Assembly: GCA_963817955.1 (NCBI GenBank)
Contig: CAWFQK010000004.1
Span: 288,001-352,000 of the forward strand
DNA length: 64,000 nt
Direction: 5' to 3'
Origin: an uncultured Gemmatimonadaceae bacterium
GTDB lineage: Bacteria > Gemmatimonadota > Gemmatimonadetes > Gemmatimonadales > Gemmatimonadaceae
Under the pieces are notes generated by a model. It was not told the origin of the DNA, ran no database searches, and saw only the letters and a list, made by a program, of their open reading frames with translations. A program made the translations under genes and the position numbers. Shown one piece after another: positions 19,688 to 28,766 of the stretch (position 1 is the first letter of the stretch; the number at the start of each line of letters is the position of its first letter).

Positions 19688-20026
19688 ATGGCATTGCTCG
19701 AACGGTTACGCCAAGAGCTGGATCGGGCTGGACGCTCGGCACAGCGCGCGCTGGACGAGGGACGCATCCGACTGGACCTGTTTCGCGCCCGTCAGTCCGT
19801 CGATCGCTTCGCGCAGCGACTCGGTTACGCGGTGTACCGGGCGCGGAAAACTGGAGGAGATCTGCCCGCCGAGGAGTACGCGTCGTTCATGAGCAACCTC
19901 AGCGCGGCTGAAGCCGAGGTCACGCGGCTCGAGACGCTTGCTGCAGAGGCCGCGCGGGGCCGCACCAGGTCGACTGCCACGCCGCCGTCGCCATCGGCTC
20001 CAACGCCGCCAATGCCGCCCATCTGA
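19688..20026 (+). CDS. Hypothetical helical protein
   Basis: 112-aa ORF with coding-like codon usage, GGAGA upstream, coiled-coil character and a Pro-rich tail. Confidence 0.7.
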   Translation: MALLERLRQELDRAGRSAQRALDEGRIRLDLFRARQSVDRFAQRLGYAVYRARKTGGDLPAEEYASFMSNLSAAEAEVTRLETLAAEAARGRTRSTATPPSPSAPTPPMPPI

Positions 20027-20031
20027 GGCGT

Positions 20032-20727
20032 TTACAGTCCGTCGAGGATCCTGACGTCGTCGGTACATAGACCGTCGACGCCGAGCGCGATCAGCGCCTG
20101 GGCCGACGTGCGCGAGTTGACGGTCCAGGCAATGACTCGTCCACCAGCTTCGTGAACGCGGCGGACCAGCGTGGCGTCGATCAATCGCGACGCGGGCCAG
20201 GTGTCGCGCGCGCCGACGGCCTGCATCGCTGCCGCGACATCGGGCAACGCGTGGTCGAACAGAATGCCGCGCGGGATTTCGGGCGCGACCATTTGCATTC
20301 GCGCTATGGTCTCGTGGTTGAACGAGTGGACCACACATCGCGTAGTAGAGCATCGAATGACCTCCGCCACTTGATGCTCGATATCGTCCGCTTTGATCTC
20401 CACATACACAGTCGCGCTCGCTGGCGTCGCCTGTAATACTGAGGCAAGCGTCGGAATGCCGATTCCGGCACCCAGCTCAACCGTGGCAACGTCCTCCCAG
20501 CACAGCTCGGCAATCCGGCGGCCTTGCAGCGAACCCGCCGTCCTGCCAAGGGCTGGATCATGGTGCACGACGACGACCCCGTCCGCTGTGGCATGGGCAT
20601 CGAGCTCGATGGCGTCAGCACAGCGCTCGAACGCGCGCGCGAACGCGGGGAGGGAGTTTTCTGGGAGTTCACGCTTCGCTCCGCGATGGCTGATCCGTTC
20701 CACGGTTGTGCCCGGTGTATGGGACAT
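20032..20727 (-). CDS. Glycerophosphodiester phosphodiesterase
   Basis: ISHRGA, PENSLPAF, IELDAH, VVHHD, EIK, WTVN and GVDGLCTD. Confidence 0.93.
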   Translation of the reverse strand: MSHTPGTTVERISHRGAKRELPENSLPAFARAFERCADAIELDAHATADGVVVVHHDPALGRTAGSLQGRRIAELCWEDVATVELGAGIGIPTLASVLQATPASATVYVEIKADDIEHQVAEVIRCSTTRCVVHSFNHETIARMQMVAPEIPRGILFDHALPDVAAAMQAVGARDTWPASRLIDATLVRRVHEAGGRVIAWTVNSRTSAQALIALGVDGLCTDDVRILDGL

Positions 20728-20799
20728 GTATATGTTGTCGCGCTCAGACTCGGCTTCAGGGACGGCGGCTAAACGGCTATCTCTTCAAGCGTTTGACCT

Positions 20800-20825
20800 T
20801 AACGCCGCTCTCCCCGTGGCGTCTA
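20800..20825 (+). promoter_or_regulatory. Putative ECF-type autoregulatory promoter
   Basis: TAAC-N16-CGTCTA just upstream of the ECF sigma gene. ECF promoters commonly use AAC at -35 and CGT at -10. Confidence 0.45.
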
Positions 20826-20838
20826 CCTGTTGGACCGA

Positions 20839-21399
20839 ATGACAAATTCGTCACGAGGTAGGGAAGGCGATGATCAGCTCGATCTGGATCTCATCGCGAA
20901 GTGGAAGCAAGGGCAGGAGCGGGCCGCGACCGAGCTGGTCGAGCGGCACTCCTCAGCGCTGGCGCGTTTCGCCGTGGCCTCCGGTGAGCGGGACGAGGTC
21001 GATGAGCTGGTGCAGGATACCTTCGTTCGTGCGTTCAACTCGATCGACAGCTTTCGTGGCGAGAGCTCGTTTCGGACTTGGTTGTTTACCATTGAACGGC
21101 GCCTGCTCCTCGATCGCCGGCGCGCGGAAAAGCGGCGACGCGATCGAACCGAGATTCAGGAAGGCGATGCGGCGACCGAGTACGATGCGCTCGACGGGGT
21201 GGTCGCCGACGAGACACAGCGACGAATGCAGGAGGCGGTGACTCGGTTGTCCCCAATGCAACGCGACGTGTTCACGCTCCGAGTGTCAGAGGGGTTATCC
21301 TACCAGGAAATCGCCGCGGCGGTAGGCACGACGGAAGGCGCCGCCCGGGTGCATTACCACAACGCGATGCGCGCTGTGAAGGAGTTTCTCGATGAATGA
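20839..21399 (+). CDS. ECF RNA polymerase sigma factor
   Basis: DELVQDTFVRAF, FRGESSFRTWLFTI and region 4 LSPMQRDVF...GLSYQEIA. Confidence 0.93.
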   Translation: MTNSSRGREGDDQLDLDLIAKWKQGQERAATELVERHSSALARFAVASGERDEVDELVQDTFVRAFNSIDSFRGESSFRTWLFTIERRLLLDRRRAEKRRRDRTEIQEGDAATEYDALDGVVADETQRRMQEAVTRLSPMQRDVFTLRVSEGLSYQEIAAAVGTTEGAARVHYHNAMRAVKEFLDE

Positions 21400-22048
21400 T
21401 TGCCCGAACGCGGACATCCGCGACCAGTTGCCGGATTTGCTGCACGAGCGCCTCCAGGCAGAGGCCCAGGCGGTTGTCGTCGCGCACGTCGACGGCTGTG
21501 CCGATTGCTGCGCGGAACTCGAGCTGCTGCGCGGCCTGCGTGGCATGTTCGCGGCGCAGGCGCCGCACGTCGACGTCGATTACGTGGTGGGCGCGCTGCC
21601 CAAGCCGCCGGTGCGCACCATTCCTCTCTCGCCGGTCCGTCGACAGGCGTGGGGCAATTGGCGCATCGCGGCGGCGGTTACAGTGCTCGTCGTGGGCGGA
21701 AGCTCGGCGGCGGTGATGACCCGCGGCGCCGGCAAGCAGGCGGTAGCCCCGATCGCGCCGGCCCTGCAGCCGTTGCCATCGACGAGCCAGGCGCCGGAAA
21801 CTGCGTCCAGCGCCGTCACGACGCCAGTCGTGCCGGACGCGCCTACGCTCCGTGCCGCACAAACCGTTGCGACGACGGGAGACGCGAATGGCATTGGTGT
21901 CGCGGGGCGTCTGTCTGATCTCGACGATGGCGAGCTGAAGGCGCTGCTCAACGACATCGATCATTTGCAAGCGGTGCCGGTCACCGAGCCGGAGCCCGTG
22001 ACGATCAAGCTCGATACAAGAACCCCGCCGGGGTCGGAGGGCGCGTGA
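21392..22048 (+). CDS. Zinc-binding (zf-HC2/ZAS) anti-sigma factor with TM segment
   Basis: HVDGCADC (HxxxCxxC), a single TM segment (WRIAAAVTVLVVGG), and overlap with the sigma gene. Confidence 0.85.
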   Translation: MNDCPNADIRDQLPDLLHERLQAEAQAVVVAHVDGCADCCAELELLRGLRGMFAAQAPHVDVDYVVGALPKPPVRTIPLSPVRRQAWGNWRIAAAVTVLVVGGSSAAVMTRGAGKQAVAPIAPALQPLPSTSQAPETASSAVTTPVVPDAPTLRAAQTVATTGDANGIGVAGRLSDLDDGELKALLNDIDHLQAVPVTEPEPVTIKLDTRTPPGSEGA

Positions 22049-22608
22049 AGTTCACGGCACTGTCTCTCATCGCCATGGCTGCTGCTACCGGCGTGACCGG
22101 CGCACAGGTGACATCAGCGCCGCGCGGCGCTGCCCAGCAATCCGTTGCTCGCGGACGCGGCGCGCAGACCATGGTCCCCGCCGACCGGCAGGCCTTGGAG
22201 CGGCAGGTGCGCCAGGCCATCGCGCGCGTCGTGCGCCGGCAACTCAATCTCACCGACGTCCAGATGCAGACGCTCCAGCGCACCGACGGCAAATACGATC
22301 AGCAGCGGCGCACACTGAACCGCGACGAGCATGCGACGCGCCTCGGCCTCAAGGCAGCCATGGCGGATTCTGCCGGGCCGGACCAGGACAAGATCGCGCG
22401 ATACATGGATGCGTTGGTGCAAGCGCAGCACAGGCGTGCCGACCTGCTGGAAGCGGAACAGAAGGAGCTTTCGACCTTTCTCACGCCCATGCAGCGCGCG
22501 CAATTCCTCGCGCTCCGGGAGCAGTTGACCCGGCGGCTGCAGGCGATTCAGCGGGACACCAGGCCGCTCGCCGGCCAACGCGGCGGTGCGCCGCCGCCGC
22601 CGGCGTAG
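22045..22608 (+). CDS. Periplasmic Spy/CpxP-like protein
   Basis: Signal peptide and LNLTDVQ / FLTPMQRAQF (LTxxQ motifs). Confidence 0.75.
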   Translation: MKFTALSLIAMAAATGVTGAQVTSAPRGAAQQSVARGRGAQTMVPADRQALERQVRQAIARVVRRQLNLTDVQMQTLQRTDGKYDQQRRTLNRDEHATRLGLKAAMADSAGPDQDKIARYMDALVQAQHRRADLLEAEQKELSTFLTPMQRAQFLALREQLTRRLQAIQRDTRPLAGQRGGAPPPPA

Positions 22609-22648
22609 CGTTGAGCGGCAGGCATCGATCGGCTAGATTCCGGTCGCT

Positions 22649-22733
22649 GCCCAGGTGGTGGAATTTGGTAGACGCAGGGGACTCAAAATCCCCCGACCTC
22701 AGGGTCTTGCGGGTTCGAGTCCCGCCCTGGGCA
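22649..22733 (+). tRNA. tRNA-Leu(CAA), CCA not encoded
   Basis: Acceptor stem GCCCAGG/CCTGGGC, anticodon arm GGGGA-CTCAAAA-TCCCC, long variable arm and T-loop GGTTCGAGTCC. Confidence 0.95.
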
Positions 22734-22841
22734 TTGAAGATGTCGTAGGCAGAATCGTAGAAGGCAACGCAAAACGTGCTCTCGTTCGTGAGGGCACGAT
22801 TTGGATTCCAGATGCTCGCAAATCATCATAGGACTCCGCAT

Positions 22842-24056
22842 ATGCGCCGCGTGCTATTGCTTGGTGCGGCGCTCGCCCTGCTGCTGACGACACGCGCGTA
22901 CGCCCAATCGCCGGACTGCAACGCGGCGCCGGCGAACGCGAGCACGAGGCTGAGTCTTCCCGCCAATCCGTTTCAGGCGCTTCCGACGAGCGACGGCTGC
23001 TGGGTCTTCGTCTCGCTCCCGGGGGGCGGCGCCGGAAAGCCGGCGCACATCGCGGTGCTTCGACGCGCCGGCGGATCGCTGCGCATGGATCATCTCCAGT
23101 CCATCGTCGGCAATCCGACCGGCATGGTCCTCACGCACGACGGGCACATGCTCATCGTCGCCGACGGCCCGCGATTGGCGTTCCTCGACGTGCAACGGCT
23201 CACGAGCGGGCGAGGCAACGCGGTGCTCGGTTATCTCGACGAGCCGGGCACGCTCGGACGCATCTACGTGAACGTTACGCTCGACGACCAATTCGCCTTC
23301 GTGGCCGATGAGCGTGCGCAGACGATCACCGTCGTCGATCTCGAGAAGGCGCGTTCGTCACGCTACAACGCGTCGGCAATTGTCGGCAAGATTCCCGTGG
23401 GCATGTTGCCGATCGCTGTCACGTTCTCGCCGAGCGATTCGCTGCTCTATACGACGAGCGAGTGGGCACCGCCGTCGCTCAGGTGGCCGGTCGAGTGCAA
23501 GCGCGAAGGGGCCGCTGCCGCCGACTCGCTGCCGGTCAACCCGCAGGGCGCGATCCTCGTCATCGACGTGCGCCGTGCGACGCGCGATCCCGCGCACGCC
23601 GTCGTCAGCGCAATTCCCGCCGGGTGTAGCGCCGTACGGCTCGTGCTCTCGCCATCCGGTGACCGCGCGTACGTGACGGCCCGCAATGGCAATGCGCTGC
23701 TCGCGTTCGACACGAGGAAGCTGGTGCAGGATCCGATGCACGCGTTGCTCGCACGCGTTCCGGTGGGCGACGCGCCGGTCGGCATCGCCGTGATCGACAG
23801 CGGGCGCAAGGTGATCGTGACAAACTCGAATCGCTTCGCCGGCTCGAGCGGCGATCAACAAGTTCTCACGGTCATCGACGCCACAAAGATCGACGCGGGC
23901 GCCGGGGCAATCCTCGGCACGATCGCGGCGGGCGCATTCCCCCGCGAGATGCGCGTGACGGCCGACGGCCGGACGCTCATTCTCACGAACTTCGCGTCGC
24001 GCGACGTGCAGATGATCGACCTCACCCATCTACCCATCGAGCCGGTGCGCCGCTAG
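22842..24056 (+). CDS. Secreted beta-propeller protein (YncE/YVTN-like)
   Basis: Signal peptide and repeated blades (IPVGMLPIAVTFSP, VPVGDAPVGIAV, AGAFPREMRVTADG). Confidence 0.8.
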   Translation: MRRVLLLGAALALLLTTRAYAQSPDCNAAPANASTRLSLPANPFQALPTSDGCWVFVSLPGGGAGKPAHIAVLRRAGGSLRMDHLQSIVGNPTGMVLTHDGHMLIVADGPRLAFLDVQRLTSGRGNAVLGYLDEPGTLGRIYVNVTLDDQFAFVADERAQTITVVDLEKARSSRYNASAIVGKIPVGMLPIAVTFSPSDSLLYTTSEWAPPSLRWPVECKREGAAAADSLPVNPQGAILVIDVRRATRDPAHAVVSAIPAGCSAVRLVLSPSGDRAYVTARNGNALLAFDTRKLVQDPMHALLARVPVGDAPVGIAVIDSGRKVIVTNSNRFAGSSGDQQVLTVIDATKIDAGAGAILGTIAAGAFPREMRVTADGRTLILTNFASRDVQMIDLTHLPIEPVRR

Positions 24057-24093
24057 CGCCTCACTGGCGGCGACTCTCCAGACTGCCTCCTTC

Positions 24094-24912
24094 TCATGCA
24101 GCCTCGATGGACAACGAGGCCCCAGGTTCCGGGACCGCAGACTTTGACAGCCACGGGGCGACTGCGGTGAGGAACTCACTCGGAACGAGTGAGCGTCGAA
24201 TCACGCCGTCGAACGCAGCGGCCTTCTCGTCGCTGACCTCGTCCGGCGCGCTGACGAGAATGACCGTCGGCGGCGTGGAACCCTCTTCGGTCGCCATACG
24301 GCGCAGTAGCCCAGCGACGCGCTCTTCGTCGAGGAGGTGCAGGCCCTCGGAAATGAACACGACCGTCACGCGTGGCGTACGCGCCCGGCACGCTGCGACG
24401 CCGGCCGCACCAGTTGGCGCCCCGATAACGGAGAACTCCGGCGTCAGGGCCGAGGCAACGAGCGCGCGGAACCCAGCGTCTGAGTCGATCACGAGCACGC
24501 TCGGCGGAGCGGTCGCCGCCGCCGGGGCGCGCGAGAGCTTCCATTGGCCGCCGTTCGCGGTCACCGTGCGCAGCCGATCGGCGAGGTCGCGTGGGCGGAT
24601 CGGCTTCAAGAGATAGTTGGTAATGCCCAACTCGGCGAGTCGCGTAATTGCCTCGATATCGCTGACGGACGAGAGGCAGACGATCGGCAATGCGCGGTGA
24701 CGTGCGGATGCACGCAGCGTTTGTACGAGCTCGAATCCGTCCAGGACAGGCATCTTGAGGTCGGTGATGAGCACGTCCGGATCGTCCCGCTCAATGGCCT
24801 GAAGAGCGTCCAACCCGTTTTCAGCCTCGATGATGTCGAAGCCTGCCTGGTGGACAACTCGCTTCACGACGACGCGCACGATCGGGTCATCGTCGGCAAT
24901 GAGGATCTTCAT
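24094..24912 (-). CDS. Response regulator with one canonical and one degenerate receiver domain
   Basis: MKILIADDD...LITDLKMPVLDG...YLLKP, followed by a second domain VLVIDSD...VVFISE. Confidence 0.85.
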   Translation of the reverse strand: MKILIADDDPIVRVVVKRVVHQAGFDIIEAENGLDALQAIERDDPDVLITDLKMPVLDGFELVQTLRASARHRALPIVCLSSVSDIEAITRLAELGITNYLLKPIRPRDLADRLRTVTANGGQWKLSRAPAAATAPPSVLVIDSDAGFRALVASALTPEFSVIGAPTGAAGVAACRARTPRVTVVFISEGLHLLDEERVAGLLRRMATEEGSTPPTVILVSAPDEVSDEKAAAFDGVIRRSLVPSEFLTAVAPWLSKSAVPEPGASLSIEAA

Positions 24913-25078
24913 TCCGATGAGTATCGGCCGGTGAGACGCTGTGATGAACCGAAGGGATAATTCGTCGGCGCGGCCCTCATCGTAACCATGACGAGGGCCG
25001 CCACATGCGGTCAGCTCCTGGAGTGGGGAGCACGTTCTGCCGATACTACGTTCCAGTCCCCTACTGGAACCTCTGCTG

Positions 25079-25900
25079 ATGCCATCGAAGACAAGCAGGC
25101 CGTCGTGCCCGCGCGCTGGTCTCCGAACCGCGCTCGCGCTAGCGATTTCCGCCGCGACAGTTCTGACCGTCGCCTGCGGTGGCGGCGGCGGTGGTGGTGG
25201 TGGTGGCACCACCGTCACCGACAACAACCCCGGCAACACCTCTCCGCCGACCTACGATGTGGCCAAGCTTGGCGTGCCGAAGTTCGTCAACTCCATTTAT
25301 ATCGACCTGAGCCAGAAGAACCCCGACGGCTCGCCGGTCGTCAACCAGATTTCGAAGTTCCGGTCGTCACAAGGGCATGATTACTCGGATTCGTACGAAT
25401 CATGTCTGTCGATGAAGCACTATCTCTCCACGCCGGATAGCAACACGAAGATCTACGTGCCCGTGACGGGAACGGTGACCTGGCAAGACACCCCGATCGT
25501 GGGTCCCAACTTCTCGGTCCAGTCCGATCTCCAACCGGCGTTTGTGTTCACGGTCATGCACGTGGTGCCGTTGAAATCGTACAAGATGGGTGATCATGTG
25601 ACCGAGGGCGATCTCTTGGGACACCACGTGGGCACCTGGACGAGCTCCGACATCATCGTGGACGTCAATGACGGCGGCCCGAAAGCATCACTCGACGGAT
25701 ATGGCCCCGGCGGCCGACTCGTGTCGTACTTTCAGACATTGACTGACGCGGCGTTTCAGCCCTTCAAGGCCCGCGGCATCAACTCGCCGACGGACTTGAT
25801 CATCTCGAAAGCGCAACGAGACTCGTTTCCCATCACCTGCGTGGCTGGGGCGTTCGTCTTCACGGTGCCGGACCCGCTCCCTGGTTTCCTGAAGTTCTGA
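25079..25900 (+). CDS. Hypothetical lipoprotein
   Basis: Lipobox LTVAC followed by poly-Gly. ISKFRSSQGHDYSD and a weak M23-like HVTEGDLLG segment. Confidence 0.75.
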   Translation: MPSKTSRPSCPRAGLRTALALAISAATVLTVACGGGGGGGGGGTTVTDNNPGNTSPPTYDVAKLGVPKFVNSIYIDLSQKNPDGSPVVNQISKFRSSQGHDYSDSYESCLSMKHYLSTPDSNTKIYVPVTGTVTWQDTPIVGPNFSVQSDLQPAFVFTVMHVVPLKSYKMGDHVTEGDLLGHHVGTWTSSDIIVDVNDGGPKASLDGYGPGGRLVSYFQTLTDAAFQPFKARGINSPTDLIISKAQRDSFPITCVAGAFVFTVPDPLPGFLKF

Positions 25901-26004
25901 GCGACGCGGCGTAGCGTCGTTCTCAGGATTTCGCTTGATCGCCTTTCCGGGCGCCGATAGCTTTCGGCGCTCGTCTTTTTTGCGACCCTTACCCGCGGTC
26001 CTCA

Positions 26005-27246
26005 ATGGCTACGTACAAATTCGCCAAGGTCCCGACGTCCGGCGACCGTATTACATATGAAAACGGGGTCCTCCAGGTCCCCAACAATCCCGTCATCCCG
26101 TTCGTCGAAGGCGATGGCACTGGCGCGGACATCTGGCGCGCCTCGGTGCGCGTGTTCGACGCGGCAATCGAGAAGGCGTACGGCGGTGAGCGCCGGGTCG
26201 CCTGGATGGAAGTGTTCGCCGGCGAAAAGGCGTTCACACAGTTCAAGGATTGGCTGCCGCAGGAGACCGTGGACGCGATGCAGGAGTTCCGCGTCGCGAT
26301 CAAGGGACCACTGACGACGCCGATCGGCGGCGGTATCCGTTCGCTGAACGTCACGCTGCGCCAGATGCTCGATCTGTACGCGTGCATCCGTCCCGTGCGC
26401 TATTTCGAAGGCGTTGGTAGCCCGATGAAGGATCCGAGTAAGCTCAACATCATGGTCTTCCGCGAGAACATCGAGGACGTCTACGCGGGGATCGAATGGA
26501 AGGCCGGCTCGCCGGAAGCGGAGAAGCTGCGCCTGTTCATCAAGAATGAATTGGGCAAGGACATCCGCGAGAATTCGGCGATCGGCATCAAGCCGATGTC
26601 GGAGTTCGGCTCCAAGCGTCTGGTGGACATGGCGATTCGGTACGCCGTCAAGCACTCGCTGCCCTCGGTGACCCTGATGCACAAGGGCAACATCATGAAG
26701 TTCACGGAAGGCGCGTTCCGTGATTGGGGCTACGAGGTGGCGCGCGACAAGTTCGCCGACACCGTGGTGAGCGAAGCGGACGTCTGGAAGGGCACGGCGC
26801 ATGACGGCAAGGTCATCTTGAAGGACCGCATTGCCGATTCGATGTTCCAGCAGTTGTTGCTGCGCCCCGATGAGTATTCTGTCATCGCTACCCCGAACCT
26901 CAACGGCGACTACGTCTCGGACGCGTCGGCGGCGCAGGTTGGCGGCCTGGGCATCGCGCCGGGTGGCAATGTCGGCGATGGCGTCGCCGTATTCGAGGCA
27001 ACGCACGGCACCGCACCCAAGTACGCCAACCTCAACAAGATCAACCCGGGCAGCGTGATTCTCTCGGGAGTGATGATGTTCGAGTACCTTGGCTGGGACG
27101 AAGCCGGCGCACTGATTGTGCGCGGACTCGAGAACGCCATCAAGGCGCGCCGTGTCACGTACGATCTTGCACGACAGATGCCCGGCGCCACCGAAGTGTC
27201 CACCTCGGGCTTCGGCGACGAGATCATCAAGGGAATGTCCGTCTGA
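26005..27246 (+). CDS. icd: Isocitrate dehydrogenase (NADP-type)
   Basis: [40 protein letters not shown] and [10 protein letters not shown]. Confidence 0.97.
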   Translation: MATYKFAKVPTSGDRITYENGVLQVPNNPVIPFVEGDGTGADIWRASVRVFDAAIEKAYGGERRVAWMEVFAGEKAFTQFKDWLPQETVDAMQEFRVAIKGPLTTPIGGGIRSLNVTLRQMLDLYACIRPVRYFEGVGSPMKDPSKLNIMVFRENIEDVYAGIEWKAGSPEAEKLRLFIKNELGKDIRENSAIGIKPMSEFGSKRLVDMAIRYAVKHSLPSVTLMHKGNIMKFTEGAFRDWGYEVARDKFADTVVSEADVWKGTAHDGKVILKDRIADSMFQQLLLRPDEYSVIATPNLNGDYVSDASAAQVGGLGIAPGGNVGDGVAVFEATHGTAPKYANLNKINPGSVILSGVMMFEYLGWDEAGALIVRGLENAIKARRVTYDLARQMPGATEVSTSGFGDEIIKGMSV

Positions 27247-27279
27247 TACGTCGCTCAACGCGACCTGACCACTCACTAC

Positions 27280-28758
27280 ATGACGCTCTCGCTCTCCGCC
27301 GCCGCTCCCGACCTCGGGACGCTCGACACACCGTTGCTGGTCGTCGCGCTGCCAAGCGCGCCGGCCATGTCCGGTGAGTTGCAGCCCGTAGACTCCATCA
27401 CGGGCGGCGCGCTGGGTCGCGCGCTCAGCCGCCGCGATTTCCGCGGCGGACGCGACGAGACCTTGTATCTGGCCGGTGGAGAGCGCGGCGTGCAACGAGT
27501 GCTGCTCGTCGGAATGGGATCGGTATCCAATCGCGCATCGGCGCTCCGGCGTGCGGGCGCGATCGCGGCCCGGCAGGCGAATCGGCTGGGGGTTGGCCGT
27601 CTCGCCTTCTTCGCCGGCGCGCTGAACGCCCAGGAGGCAGAGGCGGCCGGCATGGGAATCATCGCCGGGGCGTGGGACTTCAAGGAAACGAAGACTCCGC
27701 CGCCGGCAGAGGACGTGCGTGCGCCGCTCACAGACGCGGTCATCCTCGGCGGTGACGCCGCGGCCCGAGATTTGGGAGTTCGCGCCGCGCAGGCGATTGG
27801 CGAGGGCCACTCGCTCGCGCGGCGTCTCGGCATGCTACCGGGTAACGTGTGCACGCCGGAGTATCTCGCTGACACCGCCGCCGACATTGCGAAGCGGTTC
27901 GGCATGAAGCTTACTGTGCTCGGCCGGCAGGAAATGGCGGCCGAGAAGATGGGGTCGTTCCTCGCCGTGGCGCAGGGGACGACACAGGAACCGAAGTTGA
28001 TCGCGCTGGAGTATCGCCACGGGCCGAAGGACGGCAAGCCGGTGGCGCTCGTCGGCAAGGGACTGTGCTTCGATTCCGGTGGAATCTCCATCAAGCCGGC
28101 GCAGGGTATGGAGTGGATGAAGTACGACATGTGCGGCGCAGCCGGCGTGCTTGGAGCCATGGAGGCGATTGGCCGGTTGGAACTTCCCGTGAACGTCGTG
28201 GGTCTCATCGGCTCGACGACGAACATGCCGTCGGCTGACGCGGTAAAGCCGGGGGACGTCGTTCAGGCGTCGAACGGCAAGTACATCGAGATCATCAACA
28301 CCGATGCGGAAGGGCGGCTGGTGCTCGCTGACGTGCTGGCGTACGCCAAGCGTTTCTCACCCGATGCGGTGATCGACGCCGCAACGCTCACGGGCGCATG
28401 TGTGATCGCGCTGGGGCATACGGCGACCGGCGTGATGGGTAGCGATGAGGCGTTGGTGCAGGAGGTGTTGGAGGCGGGCAAGCGGTCGGGCGAGGTTGGC
28501 TGGCCACTTCCGTTGTGGGACGACTACAAGGAGCTGATCAAGTCCGACGTCGCGGACATCAAGAACTCCGGCGGCCGTCCAGCGGGCACCATCACGGCCG
28601 CGCTCTTCCTGAAGGAGTTCGCAGAAGGATATCCATGGGTGCACCTCGACATCGCGGGAACGGCATACACGGAATCGGATCTCGGCACGGTTCCGCGCGG
28701 ACCGACCGGCGTGCCGGTAGGAATGTTCGTGGAATTCGTTCGAGGGCGCGCGGGCTGA
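27280..28758 (+). CDS. pepA: Leucyl aminopeptidase (M17)
   Basis: VGKGLCFDSGGISIK, MKYDMCG, NTDAEGRL and HLDIAG. Confidence 0.96.
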   Translation: MTLSLSAAAPDLGTLDTPLLVVALPSAPAMSGELQPVDSITGGALGRALSRRDFRGGRDETLYLAGGERGVQRVLLVGMGSVSNRASALRRAGAIAARQANRLGVGRLAFFAGALNAQEAEAAGMGIIAGAWDFKETKTPPPAEDVRAPLTDAVILGGDAAARDLGVRAAQAIGEGHSLARRLGMLPGNVCTPEYLADTAADIAKRFGMKLTVLGRQEMAAEKMGSFLAVAQGTTQEPKLIALEYRHGPKDGKPVALVGKGLCFDSGGISIKPAQGMEWMKYDMCGAAGVLGAMEAIGRLELPVNVVGLIGSTTNMPSADAVKPGDVVQASNGKYIEIINTDAEGRLVLADVLAYAKRFSPDAVIDAATLTGACVIALGHTATGVMGSDEALVQEVLEAGKRSGEVGWPLPLWDDYKELIKSDVADIKNSGGRPAGTITAALFLKEFAEGYPWVHLDIAGTAYTESDLGTVPRGPTGVPVGMFVEFVRGRAG

Positions 28759-28766
28759 GCGCTCTC

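Noticed and set aside
22649..25990. Prophage or integrative element at tRNA-Leu
   Set aside because: No integrase, phage genes or att duplication were seen. It is kept only as a low-interest islet.
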